DNA of 64,000 nucleotides from Alphaproteobacteria bacterium (GTDB lineage Bacteria > Pseudomonadota > Alphaproteobacteria > MPNO01 > UBA830), in NCBI GenBank assembly GCA_965243135.1, contig OZ251539.1, positions 5,088,001 to 5,152,000 on the forward strand, read 5' to 3'. Under the pieces are notes generated by a model. The model was not told where the DNA came from and did not search any database. It worked only from the letters and a program-made list of their open reading frames with translations. A program made the translations under genes and the position numbers. Position 1 is the first letter of the stretch. Every line of letters starts with the position of its first letter. Below, one piece after another: positions 1 to 10,158 of the stretch.

Positions 1-617
1 AACGGACGGAAGACGGCTACTACATCCTGCATGCGCGTTCGATGCGGGACCTTCGCCTGAAGGACGCCGTGGTGTTCCGGATGCTGAACGACGACCGCCT
101 GGCTGCGCGGATCGACTCGCCGAGTGCGCATCTTGAGGAGGGGCACTGGCGCCTCGACGAGGCGACGGTCCTCACGCCGGACGGGCGGACGGAACGCCGG
201 GAAGCCCTGCGCCTGTCCACCAACCTGACGCGAGAAAACATCGACGAGAGTTTCGCGCCTCCCGAAACGATATCCTTCTGGGCCTTGCCGGCCTTCGTCC
301 GCGCGCTCGAAAGCGCCGGGTTGAAGGGCATCCGCCACAAGCTGCAGTGGCATGCGCACCTTGCTCTGCCCCTGATGCTGGCGGCCGTCACCCTGTTGGC
401 GGCGACCTTTTCGCTGCGTCCGGTCAGAGGCGGCAGAGGCGGATCGCTCCTGATCGTCGCGGGCTGCGGCCTCGGGTTTCTCGTCTATTTCCTGACGGAC
501 GTGGTTCATGCGCTCGGGATCTCTTCCGGGATCCCCGTGGCGATGGCGGCATGGAGTCCGCCGCTCGTCAGTGCCTTCGTCGGCGTGGGCATTCTGCTGC
601 ATCTCGAGGACGGCTGA
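1..617 (+). CDS. lptG: LPS export permease LptG (5' partial)
   Basis: C-terminal LptF/G membrane region (PETISFWALP, HALG..G.P..AAWSP); directly upstream of lptD. Confidence 0.9.
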   Translation, partial: RTEDGYYILHARSMRDLRLKDAVVFRMLNDDRLAARIDSPSAHLEEGHWRLDEATVLTPDGRTERREALRLSTNLTRENIDESFAPPETISFWALPAFVRALESAGLKGIRHKLQWHAHLALPLMLAAVTLLAATFSLRPVRGGRGGSLLIVAGCGLGFLVYFLTDVVHALGISSGIPVAMAAWSPPLVSAFVGVGILLHLEDG

Positions 618-618
618 A

Positions 619-2799
619 TTGCGGCGACTTGCCCGCATCCTTCTTCTGGCGATGCTGGCCTGGCCGGCGCTCGGCCAGGTCCGCGACGGACAGCCCATCG
701 CCTTCAGGGCGGACGATCTGCGCGAGGAGGGCGATCTCGTCATCGCCGCCGGCAACGTCGAATTCTCGCAGGGGGGACGGACGCTTTTCGCGGACGAGGT
801 GACCTACGACCGGGGCGCCGCCACGGTGACGGCGACCGGCGACGTCGTTCTGGCGGAAGCTTCGGGGGACACCCTTTTCGCCGACCGCGTCGAGTTCAAC
901 GACGACCTGCGCGACGGCATCGTCGAGAATCTGCAGGTTCGCTTGGCGAACGACGCGCGGCTCGCGGCCGCAGGAGGGCGCCTCGCGGGCGACGTGGCGG
1001 ATTACCGCAAAGCGGTCTATTCGCCGTGCAAGCCTTGCGAGGACGACCCGGAGGCCGTTCCGATCTGGCAACTGAAGGCCTTCGACGTGACGCACGATCA
1101 GGAGGCGAACGACATCGTCTACAGGGACGCGTTTCTCGAATTCGCGGGCGTCCCGGTTCTTTACGCGCCTTACTTTTCGCACCCTGACCCCACCGTCGAT
1201 CGCCGAACGGGCTTCCTTACCCCTTCGTACGGCAGCGACGACGATCTCGGCACCATCCTCAGAATCCCCTACTATATCGATATCGCCCGGAACATGGACG
1301 CCACGCTGACTCCCACCCTCACGAGCAAGGGCGGTTCCGGCGCCGCGCTCCACTTCCGGCATCTTCTCGGACAAGGCGAATACGACCTGAAGGGAAGCTT
1401 CATCCACGAGGACGAACACGACTCGGACGCCAAGGAAGGCTTCCGCGGGCATGTCCGGGCGCGGTTGAGGTACGACTTCGACGAGGTTTGGCGCGGCGGC
1501 GCCGACGCGTTCCTCACCAATCAGGACACCTACCTCCGAAGGTACGGCTTCGGAAACGAGAACACGCTCGAGAACAGGGCGTTTCTGGAACGTTTCGCGG
1601 GCCGCAGCTACGCGGCCGCCGACGCGTACTACTTCCAGGGGCTGCGCGAGGAAGACGAATCGGACACGATACCCCTCGCGCTTCCCGTTTTCGATTACAA
1701 CTTCGTCGGGGAACCGGAGCCGAACGGCGCGCAGTGGAAGCTCGACGCCAACCTTCTCGCCCTGACCAGGGTCCGCGGCCGGGACACGAGACGCGCGTCC
1801 GTCCGGGCGTTCTGGCAACTTCCCCGCGCGACTCCGGGCGGGCATCTTCTGCGGCTGTTCGGATCGCTTCAGACCGACCTGTACTGGACGAACGATCTGC
1901 ACTGGACGAAAGACCGCGTTCGAAAGGAGGAGCCCGGAGCGACGGAATTCGAGAGCCGCGTCTTTCCCCAGGTCGGAGCGGACTGGAGCCTGCCGCTGGT
2001 CCGCGCCTCCGACGGATTCGCGTTGAGTCTGGAACCGACGGCGGCGCTGATCCTCGCGCCCGCCGCGCCCGCCGCAAGCGACATTCCAAACGAGGACAGC
2101 CTCAGCGCGGAACTCGACGACACGAACGTCTTCTCCGCGAACCGCTTCGCAGGGATCGACCGCGTGGAAGGCAGTCCGCGCGTCAGCTACGGCCTGCGCG
2201 GCGCGCTGCACGGCTCGGGCCGTCGCTTCGGCTCCTTTCTGCTCGGCCAGAGCTACAGCGTCGCCGCCGACGCGGATTTCCGTCCGGGGAGCGGCCTCGA
2301 AAGCGAACTCTCCGACATCGTCGGGCGCATCGGCTTCTCCCCCCTGCCGTGGATCGACGCCGCCTACCGGTTCCGGCTCGACAGGGACAGCGGCGACGCC
2401 GAACGCGGAGAGCTTCAGTTGTCGGCCGGCGCGCCGCTGCTGCGCATCGACGCCAACTATCTGTCGATCAAGAAGCAAACCGGCAGGGCGACGCCGGAAA
2501 CGTTCGACGAAAGGGAGGAGCTGATCGCCGCGGTCTCCTCGAGATTCGCGGAGAACTGGCGGGTGGGCGCGCACTCGCACCGCGACCTTGCGGGCCGCGG
2601 GCGATCGCTGCAACATGGCGCGTTCTTGATCTACGAAAACGACTGCTTCCGGACTCGCCTCGACTTCTCCCGAAAGTTCACCGTCGACAGGGACCTCCGG
2701 CCGCGGGACACGATCTTCCTGCAGGTCGAATTCAAGACTCTCGGCGCGGTGAGCCTGTTCGGCGGCGGGGGCCAGGGCGTCCTTGGAGAAAACCGATGA
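619..2799 (+). CDS. lptD: LPS assembly protein LptD
   Basis: TTG start after lptG stop; signal peptide, OstA-like N-terminus, YSPCKPC and PYFSHPDP..RRTGFL motifs, beta-barrel C-terminus. Confidence 0.93.
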   Translation: MRRLARILLLAMLAWPALGQVRDGQPIAFRADDLREEGDLVIAAGNVEFSQGGRTLFADEVTYDRGAATVTATGDVVLAEASGDTLFADRVEFNDDLRDGIVENLQVRLANDARLAAAGGRLAGDVADYRKAVYSPCKPCEDDPEAVPIWQLKAFDVTHDQEANDIVYRDAFLEFAGVPVLYAPYFSHPDPTVDRRTGFLTPSYGSDDDLGTILRIPYYIDIARNMDATLTPTLTSKGGSGAALHFRHLLGQGEYDLKGSFIHEDEHDSDAKEGFRGHVRARLRYDFDEVWRGGADAFLTNQDTYLRRYGFGNENTLENRAFLERFAGRSYAAADAYYFQGLREEDESDTIPLALPVFDYNFVGEPEPNGAQWKLDANLLALTRVRGRDTRRASVRAFWQLPRATPGGHLLRLFGSLQTDLYWTNDLHWTKDRVRKEEPGATEFESRVFPQVGADWSLPLVRASDGFALSLEPTAALILAPAAPAASDIPNEDSLSAELDDTNVFSANRFAGIDRVEGSPRVSYGLRGALHGSGRRFGSFLLGQSYSVAADADFRPGSGLESELSDIVGRIGFSPLPWIDAAYRFRLDRDSGDAERGELQLSAGAPLLRIDANYLSIKKQTGRATPETFDEREELIAAVSSRFAENWRVGAHSHRDLAGRGRSLQHGAFLIYENDCFRTRLDFSRKFTVDRDLRPRDTIFLQVEFKTLGAVSLFGGGGQGVLGENR

Positions 2800-2858
2800 G
2801 AAAGCCCGGCTTGGCTTGCGGCGAGGCGGCGTTTACAATGCACTGGGGACGGCGGACG

Positions 2859-4094
2859 ATGCAGCGGATCGCACTTCTTCTTACGGCGCTGGGGATTTGC
2901 GCGGCGGCGACGGCCGGTCAGGCCGCATCGTGGATCGCCGCCACGGTGAACGACGAGGTCGTTTCGGCTTACGACGTCGAAGCGCGGCTGCGGCTGGTTC
3001 TCTTTTCCACCCGGCTGCCCGACACGCCCGAGACTCGCCGACGCTATCGCGGCCAGGTCCTGCGGTCGCTGATCGACGAGCGGCTGCAGCTCCAGGAAGC
3101 CAAGCGCCGGAACGTCTCGGTGAGCGAGCGCGAAATTCGTCTGGAGACGGCGGACCTCGAGCGGCGGAACAACATGCCCGCGGGCAGGTTGAGCGAGTTG
3201 CTCGCCCGCAACGACGTGCCGCCGGACGCCTTCGCCGCCCAGATTCGGGCCGGAGTCGCCTGGCGAAAGCTGGTTTCCCGCCAGCTTCGCCCTCGGGTCG
3301 TCGTAGGCGACGAGGAAATCGACGAGGCGATCGACCGCGTCGCGTCGCGTCAGGGCCAGATGGAGTACCGCCTCGCCGAGATCGTGATGACGGCCGAGCG
3401 CCCCGACCGGGAGGCGGCGGTTCGCGAGGCCGCGGAGCGGCTCGCCGGGCAGCTTCGCCAGGGCGCGCAGTTCGGCGAAGTGGCGCGCCAGTTCTCGCAG
3501 AGCGCGACCGCGGCGGTCGGCGGGGATCTGGGATGGGTCCACGAGTCGGACCTCGACGAATCGCTGCGGCAGGTCGTTCCCGGCGCGAGCGCGGGCGCTC
3601 TGATCGGCCCGCTCAAGGCGCTTTCCGGGTACCGCATCGTCTTGCTTTCCGACGCGCGGAAAATCGCGGGGAGCGCCCGGCTGAACATGCGCCAACTGCT
3701 CGTTCCGATTCCTGCCGACGCGGACGCGGGCGAGGTCGATGCCCGGATGGCGAGGGCGACCGAGCTCGGGCGGGAAGCCGGCGATTGCGGAACGTTCGAG
3801 GCTCTCGCCCGCCGGCTCGAGTCGCCCGTCCCGCCCGATCCGGGCGAGATCGTGACGGACGGCCTCGCGCCGGAAATGAAGACCGTCGTGGAGGACCTGC
3901 CGGTCGGGCGCGTCAGCGACCCGGTCCGCACGCCGGCCGGCGCTCTGCTTCTGATGGTCTGCTCCCGCGACGAACGGGGCCTGCCCGACCGCATGATCGT
4001 CGCGAACGGGCTGCTCCAGCAGAAAATGTCGCTGATGGCGCGGCGCTACATGCGGGATCTTCGGCTGTCCGCGGTCATCGACGTGCGCAGTTGA
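2859..4094 (+). CDS. surA: Peptidylprolyl isomerase/chaperone SurA
   Basis: IAATVNDEVVS, LIDERLQLQEA, ARQFSQS..GGDLGW rotamase motif; lptD-surA-pdxA synteny. Confidence 0.9.
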   Translation: MQRIALLLTALGICAAATAGQAASWIAATVNDEVVSAYDVEARLRLVLFSTRLPDTPETRRRYRGQVLRSLIDERLQLQEAKRRNVSVSEREIRLETADLERRNNMPAGRLSELLARNDVPPDAFAAQIRAGVAWRKLVSRQLRPRVVVGDEEIDEAIDRVASRQGQMEYRLAEIVMTAERPDREAAVREAAERLAGQLRQGAQFGEVARQFSQSATAAVGGDLGWVHESDLDESLRQVVPGASAGALIGPLKALSGYRIVLLSDARKIAGSARLNMRQLLVPIPADADAGEVDARMARATELGREAGDCGTFEALARRLESPVPPDPGEIVTDGLAPEMKTVVEDLPVGRVSDPVRTPAGALLLMVCSRDERGLPDRMIVANGLLQQKMSLMARRYMRDLRLSAVIDVRS

Positions 4095-4098
4095 ACCC

Positions 4099-5082
4099 GT
4101 GGCGGACGGCCTGCCCATCGCGGTGACAATGGGCGACCCGGCCGGCATCGGCGGCGAGATCGCTCTCATGGCGTGGCGATCCCGCCGCGGCGACCTGCCG
4201 CCGTTCTTCCTGATCGACGACCCCGAGCGCCTTCGCCGGCTGGCGGACGCGACGGGAATCCGTTGTCCGGTCAGCCCGATCGCGGCCGCCGCCGCCGCCG
4301 TCGGCGTCTACGCCGACGCTCTCCCGGTCATGCCGATCGGCGCGTCGTTCCGCGGCGACGGAACGATCGAATCGATCGACCGCGCGATCGACGAGGCGCT
4401 GGCGGGGCGCGTCGCCGGCATGGTGACGAATCCCATTCGCAAGAGCGCCCTCTACGAGCGGGGTTTCGCATGCCCGGGGCATACCGAGTACCTCGGCGAA
4501 CGGGCCGGCCTGGAACGCCCGCCGGTCATGATGCTCGCCGCGCCCGCGCTGAAGGTGGTGCCGGTCACGATTCATCTCGCCTTGCGCGACGCGATCGCGG
4601 CGCTCACGACGGAGCGGATCCATCGCGCGCTGGCGGCGACGCGGGACGCCATGAAGACGGACTTCGGCCTGGACGAGCCGCGGATCGCGGTTTCCGGCCT
4701 CAATCCGCACGCCGGCGAGGACGGCCATATGGGCCGGGAGGAAATCGACGTCATCCGGCCCGCGATCGCCCGCATGCAGGCGGACGGCGCGTCGGTCGCG
4801 GGCCCGCTCGCGGCGGATTCCATGTTTCACGAAGACGCGCGGCGGCGTTACGACGTCGCCGTTTGCATGTATCACGATCAGGCCCTGATTCCCCTGAAGA
4901 CCCTCGACTTCCGCGGCGGGGTCAACGTCTCTCTGGGGCTTCCCTTCGTCAGAACTTCGCCGGACCACGGCACGGCCTGCGATATCGCGGGGACGGGAAC
5001 GGCCGACCCCTCGAGCCTGATCCAGGCGATACGCATGGCGGGCGAGATCGCGGACCGCCGCGCCGGAAAAGGCGCTTCCTGA
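4099..5082 (+). CDS. pdxA: 4-hydroxythreonine-4-phosphate dehydrogenase
   Basis: TMGDPAGIG, GHTEYL, GLNPHAGE, MYHDQ, RTSPDHGTA motifs. Confidence 0.96.
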   Translation: MADGLPIAVTMGDPAGIGGEIALMAWRSRRGDLPPFFLIDDPERLRRLADATGIRCPVSPIAAAAAAVGVYADALPVMPIGASFRGDGTIESIDRAIDEALAGRVAGMVTNPIRKSALYERGFACPGHTEYLGERAGLERPPVMMLAAPALKVVPVTIHLALRDAIAALTTERIHRALAATRDAMKTDFGLDEPRIAVSGLNPHAGEDGHMGREEIDVIRPAIARMQADGASVAGPLAADSMFHEDARRRYDVAVCMYHDQALIPLKTLDFRGGVNVSLGLPFVRTSPDHGTACDIAGTGTADPSSLIQAIRMAGEIADRRAGKGAS

Positions 5083-5126
5083 GCCGGAACCCGCAGCCCG
5101 GGCCGGCGGGCCGCGGCGCGAAGGCG

Positions 5127-5957
5127 GTGAGCGACTTGCCGCCGCTGCGCGAGGTCATCGCCGCGCACCGCCTGCGCCCGCGCAGGTCTCTCGGCCAGAA
5201 CTTCCTTCACGACCTCAACGTCACGCGCCGCATCGCGCGCGCGGCGGGACCGCTCTCGGGAGCGACCGTCCTGGAAATCGGGCCTGGACCGGGCGGGCTG
5301 ACCCGCGCCCTGCTGGAAGAAGGGGCGGCGCGCGTCGTCGCGGTCGAGCGCGACCCGCGATGCGCGGGCGCGCTGGAGGAAATCTCCGCGGTCGCGGGCG
5401 GGCGGCTGACCGTGGTCGAAGGGGACGCGCTGTCCTTCGACCCGGCGTCGATCGGCGACGGTCCCGTGCGAGTCGTCGCCAACCTGCCCTACAACGTCGC
5501 GACGGCCCTTCTGCTTCGATGGCTGAAGGAGCCGGGGCGTTTCGACCGGCTCGTGCTGATGTTCCAGAAGGAGGTGGCCGAGCGCCTGACGGCGGAACCG
5601 GGATCGCGGCGGTACGGCCGCCTGTCGGTCGCCGTCCAGTCGCGATGCGCCGCGCGCCGGTTGTTCGATCTGCCGCCCGCGGCGTTCGTGCCGCCGCCCA
5701 AGGTGCATTCGTCGGTCGTGGCGCTGCGGCCCGCGCCGTCCGCCGGCGCCGACCCCGAACTTCTCGAAGCCGTCGCGGCCGCGGCGTTCGCCCAGCGCCG
5801 CAAGATGCTCCGGACCGCGCTCGCGGGCCTGTTCGCGGCGCCGGACGAAACGTTGGCGAATTGCGGCATCGACCCGCGGGCGCGCGCGGAAGAAATCGAT
5901 ATCGACGGCTTCCGGGCGCTGGCGCGGGCGCTCGGAACCCTGCGCCGCGGCGCCTGA
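5127..5957 (+). CDS. rsmA: 16S rRNA adenine dimethyltransferase
   Basis: SLGQNFL, LEIGPGPGGLT, ANLPYN, MFQKEVA, F.PPPKV.S motifs. Confidence 0.95.
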   Translation: MSDLPPLREVIAAHRLRPRRSLGQNFLHDLNVTRRIARAAGPLSGATVLEIGPGPGGLTRALLEEGAARVVAVERDPRCAGALEEISAVAGGRLTVVEGDALSFDPASIGDGPVRVVANLPYNVATALLLRWLKEPGRFDRLVLMFQKEVAERLTAEPGSRRYGRLSVAVQSRCAARRLFDLPPAAFVPPPKVHSSVVALRPAPSAGADPELLEAVAAAAFAQRRKMLRTALAGLFAAPDETLANCGIDPRARAEEIDIDGFRALARALGTLRRGA

Positions 5958-5963
5958 AGCCCG

Positions 5964-6596
5964 CTATCCGCGCAGGCGCTCGACGAATTCCCTCAAGCCC
6001 GTCTGCCGCTCGCGCCGCAGCCGCTCCGCGGCCAGCACCGCCCGCACCTTGGCCACGCAGTCTTCGATTTCCTCGTTGACGACGACGTAGTCGTACTCCG
6101 GCCAGTGGCTGATGTGGTCGGCCGCACCCGCCATGCGTTCCCTGACCACGTCGGCGCTGTCCTGCGCGCGCAGTTTCAGCCGCCGGCCCAGTTCTTCCGT
6201 GGAGGGCGGGAGAATGAAGACGCTCACGAGGTCGCCGCTGACCTTCTCTCTGAGCTGCTTCTCGCCCTGCCAGTCGACGTCGAGCAGAACGTCCCGGCCG
6301 TCGGCGAGCGCCTTCCTGACCGCCGGGCGCGGCGTGCCGTAGCGGTGTCCGAACACCTCCGCATGCTCGAGCAGCTCGCCGCGGTCGAGCATGTCGGAGA
6401 ACTCGCCGGGACCGACGAAGTAATAGTCCCGGCCGTCTTCCTCGCCGGGGCGCTTCGGACGGGTCGTGGCCGAGATCGACGGAAAGAGGCCGGTTTCCGT
6501 TTCGAGCAGCCTCCTGGATACCGTCGTCTTGCCGGCGCCGGAAGGCGACGACAGAACGAGCAGCAGGCCGCGGCGGGCGATGACGGCGCCGTTCAT
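5964..6596 (-). CDS. gmk: Guanylate kinase
   Basis: SSPSGAGKTT P-loop, SATTR..RPGE.DG.DY, YGTP. Confidence 0.96.
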   Translation of the reverse strand: MNGAVIARRGLLLVLSSPSGAGKTTVSRRLLETETGLFPSISATTRPKRPGEEDGRDYYFVGPGEFSDMLDRGELLEHAEVFGHRYGTPRPAVRKALADGRDVLLDVDWQGEKQLREKVSGDLVSVFILPPSTEELGRRLKLRAQDSADVVRERMAGAADHISHWPEYDYVVVNEEIEDCVAKVRAVLAAERLRRERQTGLREFVERLRG

Positions 6597-6606
6597 CGCG
6601 GCCGCC

Positions 6607-7479
6607 TCATTCGACGTTCCGGATCTGCTCGCGCAGCCGTTCGATTTCGACCTTGAGGTCGATCCCGCGCTGCGTAAGCTCCAGGGCCGACGACTTGGCG
6701 CACAGGGTGTTGGCCTCGCGGCCGAGTTCCTGACAGAGAAAGTCCAGCCGCCGCCCTATCGCGCCGCCGCCGCCGATCAGTTCGCGAACCGCGTCCAGGT
6801 GCGCGCGCAGGCGTTCGAGTTCCTCGCTTGCGTCGCCGCGCGCCGCGATCACGGCGATTTCCTGCGCGAGCCGGTCTTCGGCCAGGCCGGTTTCCGTCAG
6901 TTCGCGCAATCGCGCGCGCAACCGGTCCGCGCTCTTCCGCGGCTCCTCCGCCGCGAGCCCGGACGCTTGCGACACGAGCCGCCCGATCTCGTCGAGATGC
7001 CCGTCGACCGCCAGCTTCAGCCGCGCGCCTTCTTCCCGCCGCGCCTGCGACAATTCGTCGAGAAGTTCGGCGAAGCCGCGCAGAACTCCGGCTTGCCGTT
7101 CCGGGGACGGCGCTTCGTCGCCGACCGTCTCGACGACTCCCCGGACCGTCAGCAGAGTCGCGATGTCGGACGCGCTGCCGTCTCCCGCCGTTTCGCCGCG
7201 GCATTCCGCGACCGCGTTCGCCAGCCGCCCGAGCAGGCCGCGGTCGATCTCGTAGCGGGCCGCCGCCGCCTGCAGCCGGCAGGTCAGCCCGAAGGCGAGG
7301 CTGCCGCGCGAAAAGCGCTCGGCCGCCAGCTTCCGGGCCGGCGCCTCCACCGGCTCGAAACCGGCCGCGAGCCGGAAACGCATTTCGATCCCGCGCGCGT
7401 TGAGGCTTCTGGCTTCCCAGGTCCAGCTGCAGCCCGAACCGGAGCCGTCGACCCGCGCGAATCCCGTCATGCTCGACAT
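6607..7479 (-). CDS. yicC: YicC/YloC family endoribonuclease
   Basis: SMTGFAR N-terminus; GRRLDFL.QE..REANT and EQI.NVE C-terminus; upstream of gmk. Confidence 0.93.
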   Translation of the reverse strand: MSSMTGFARVDGSGSGCSWTWEARSLNARGIEMRFRLAAGFEPVEAPARKLAAERFSRGSLAFGLTCRLQAAAARYEIDRGLLGRLANAVAECRGETAGDGSASDIATLLTVRGVVETVGDEAPSPERQAGVLRGFAELLDELSQARREEGARLKLAVDGHLDEIGRLVSQASGLAAEEPRKSADRLRARLRELTETGLAEDRLAQEIAVIAARGDASEELERLRAHLDAVRELIGGGGAIGRRLDFLCQELGREANTLCAKSSALELTQRGIDLKVEIERLREQIRNVE

Positions 7480-7523
7480 GCCCGCCTGACCGCTCATGGG
7501 CGGGCCGGACGCGCCGCGCTTCG

Positions 7524-8486
7524 TCATCGGTTCTTCATGCGCCGCCGCCACTCGGCGACGTTCCTGTTGTGCTCGCGGAGCGTGCGGGCGAACCTGTGGC
7601 CTCCGGAGCCGTCGGCGACGAAATACAGATCTCCGGTGCGGGCCGGCCTGACGGCCGCCCGAAGCGCGGCGCGGCCGGGGCTGGAGATCGGCGCCGGCGG
7701 CAACCCCCGCCGCGCATAGGTGTTGTAAGGCGAATCGACGGCTAGGTCGGCGCGCGTGAGCTTGCGTCCCAGCGGCCTTCGCCCGGCCGTGATCGCGTAG
7801 GCGACCGTCGGATCGGACTGCAACCGCATGCCGCGGCGCAGGCGATTGTGGAAAACGGCCGATATCCGGGCGCGCTCGGCCCCGACGCCGGTTTCCTTCT
7901 CGATCATCGAAGCGAGGACGAGCGCCTCCTCCGGCGTCCGGATGGAAAGGCCCTTCTTGCGAACGTCCCAGGCTTCGCGAACCGCCTCGGCCATCGCGGC
8001 CGCCATGCGCCGCAGGATCGAATCCCGCGTGTCTCCCCAGGAATAGAAGTAGGTTTCGGGCAGCAACGCGCCCTCCGCCGCGGGGGCGGAGACGCGGCCG
8101 GAAAGGCCTCCGGCGTTCTCGACCAGAGAGACGATCGCGCGCGCCGTCAGGCCCTCGGGAACCATCAGCCGCCGCGTCACGGTCTTGCCGGCGGCAAGAT
8201 GCCGCGCGACGTCCCGCATGCTCATCCTCGGCGCGAAGGCGAACTCGCCCGCGCGCAAGCTGCCGGCGAGGCCGGAGACGCGAACGCCGGACGTGAAAAG
8301 AAAGGAATCCCGGATAACTCCCGCATCCGACAGAAGGCGCGAAATTTCCCGCACGCCGTTCCCTTCGGGAATGACGACCACGGTTTCCGCGGTCAGCGGT
8401 CCGGCCCGCTCGAAAGCCCGCCACGCGGCCCCGGCCGCGACGGCGACGGCGATCGCAAGGACAGCTGCGCCCGCAAGCCGCGGCAT
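7524..8486 (-). CDS. mltG: Endolytic transglycosylase MltG
   Basis: EG.LLPETY, LASMIEKETG, NRL..GMRLQSDPTV, SPYNTY...GLPP.PI. Confidence 0.95.
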   Translation of the reverse strand: MPRLAGAAVLAIAVAVAAGAAWRAFERAGPLTAETVVVIPEGNGVREISRLLSDAGVIRDSFLFTSGVRVSGLAGSLRAGEFAFAPRMSMRDVARHLAAGKTVTRRLMVPEGLTARAIVSLVENAGGLSGRVSAPAAEGALLPETYFYSWGDTRDSILRRMAAAMAEAVREAWDVRKKGLSIRTPEEALVLASMIEKETGVGAERARISAVFHNRLRRGMRLQSDPTVAYAITAGRRPLGRKLTRADLAVDSPYNTYARRGLPPAPISSPGRAALRAAVRPARTGDLYFVADGSGGHRFARTLREHNRNVAEWRRRMKNR

Positions 8487-8492
8487 GTTCCG

Positions 8493-9761
8493 TCAGGGCG
8501 CCTCTTTGAACAGGATGGAAGCGTTGGTGCCGCCGAAACCGAAGGAATTGGAGAGCGCGACGCGGACGGGCCTTTCCTTCGCCTGCAGGGGCACCAGATC
8601 GATGTCGCATCCGTCGGAGGGATTCTCGAGGTTGAGCGTCGGCGGCGCGACGCCGTCTCCGATCGCCTTGATCGCGAAGATCGCTTCCACCGCCCCGGCG
8701 GCTCCCAGCAGGTGTCCGATCGCCGACTTGGTGGACGACATCGACAGCGCGTATGCGTGGTCGCCGAAAAGCCGCTTGACGGCGCCCAGCTCGATCTCGT
8801 CGCCGACGGGCGTGGACGTGCCGTGCGCGTTGACGTAGTCGACCTCCTCCGGGTTGATCCGGGCGTTTCGCAGCGCGGCCCGCATCGAGCGGTAGCCGCC
8901 GTTTCCGTCTTCCGGGGGCGCGGTCACGTGATGGGCGTCTCCGGACAGGCCGTACCCCGCGACCTCGGCGTGAATCGTGGCGCCGCGCGCCTTGGCGCGC
9001 TCGTACTCCTCGAGCACCAGGACGCCGGCCCCTTCTCCCATCACGAAGCCGTCCCGGTCGCGGTCCCACGGCCGCGAGGCGCGTTCCGGCTCGTCGTTGA
9101 AATTCGAGGACAGGGCCCGCGCCGCGGCGAAGCCGGCGACGCCGAGGCGGCAGATGGCGGCTTCGGACCCGCCCGCCACCATCATGTCCGCGTCGCCGAA
9201 ACCGATCAGGCGCGCCGCGTCGCCGATCGCGTGCGCGCCGGTGGAACAGGCGGTCACCGGGGCGTGGTTGGGCCCCTTGAGTCCGTATCTTATCGACACT
9301 TGTCCGGACGCGAGATTGATCAGGCTCGAAGGGATGAAGAACGGGGAGATGCGGCGCGGCCCCTTCTCCTCCAGTTGCGCCGACGCCGCGGCGATCGTCG
9401 CGAGGCCGCCGATGCCCGAACCGATCATCACGCCCGCGCGCTCGGCGTCTTCTTCGGTCTCGATCTCCCATCCCGATGCGGCGAGGGCTTCCTTCGCCGC
9501 TGCCAGCGCGTAAACGATGAAGGCGTCCATCTTGCGCTGGTCCTTGGGAGGAAGCACTTCGTCGGGATCGAACAGGCCCGCCGCGGCGTCGCCGCGGGGG
9601 ATTTCGCAGGCGATCCGGACCGCGAGGTCGCCGACGTCGAACGACCGGATGGCGTCCGCGCCCGATTCGCCTTCGAGAAGACGCTTCCAGACGTTGCCGA
9701 CCCCGACGCCGAGCGGGGTGACGACGCCCATTCCGGTCACGACGACTCGCCTGAGTTCCAT
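8493..9761 (-). CDS. fabF: Beta-ketoacyl-ACP synthase II
   Basis: RRVVVTGMG, TACSTGAHAIG, NAHGTST, GHLLGAAG, SNSFGFGGTN. Confidence 0.97.
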   Translation of the reverse strand: MELRRVVVTGMGVVTPLGVGVGNVWKRLLEGESGADAIRSFDVGDLAVRIACEIPRGDAAAGLFDPDEVLPPKDQRKMDAFIVYALAAAKEALAASGWEIETEEDAERAGVMIGSGIGGLATIAAASAQLEEKGPRRISPFFIPSSLINLASGQVSIRYGLKGPNHAPVTACSTGAHAIGDAARLIGFGDADMMVAGGSEAAICRLGVAGFAAARALSSNFNDEPERASRPWDRDRDGFVMGEGAGVLVLEEYERAKARGATIHAEVAGYGLSGDAHHVTAPPEDGNGGYRSMRAALRNARINPEEVDYVNAHGTSTPVGDEIELGAVKRLFGDHAYALSMSSTKSAIGHLLGAAGAVEAIFAIKAIGDGVAPPTLNLENPSDGCDIDLVPLQAKERPVRVALSNSFGFGGTNASILFKEAP

Positions 9762-9789
9762 GTTCAGCTCTCCGAGGCGGCCCGGCAGC

Positions 9790-10026
9790 TCAGGCGCCGC
9801 TCTCCTCGAGAAACGCGATCGCGTCCTTCACGGTCATGATCTTCTCGGCCGCGTCGTCGGGAATCTCGCAACCGAATTCCTCTTCGAACGCCATTACGAG
9901 TTCCACGGTGTCGAGGCTGTCCGCGCCCAGATCGTCGATGAAGCTGGCGTTCTCGGTCACCTTGCCTTCGTCCACCCCGAGATGCTCCACCACGATTTTC
10001 TTTACCCGTTCTGCGATATCGCTCAT
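9790..10026 (-). CDS. acpP: Acyl carrier protein
   Basis: [13 protein letters not shown] phosphopantetheine site. Confidence 0.98.
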   Translation of the reverse strand: MSDIAERVKKIVVEHLGVDEGKVTENASFIDDLGADSLDTVELVMAFEEEFGCEIPDDAAEKIMTVKDAIAFLEESGA

Positions 10027-10158
10027 CTTTCTTCCCTGAATTCCGCCGGCTTCCGCGCATGCGGCAGACCGGACTGCGGTTCCGGCCGTCCGCGCGAGCC
10101 CTTTCCGGCGGCAGCCGGGGGTCCGAACGGAACGTCCGCTCGCCGTGCTTATATCACG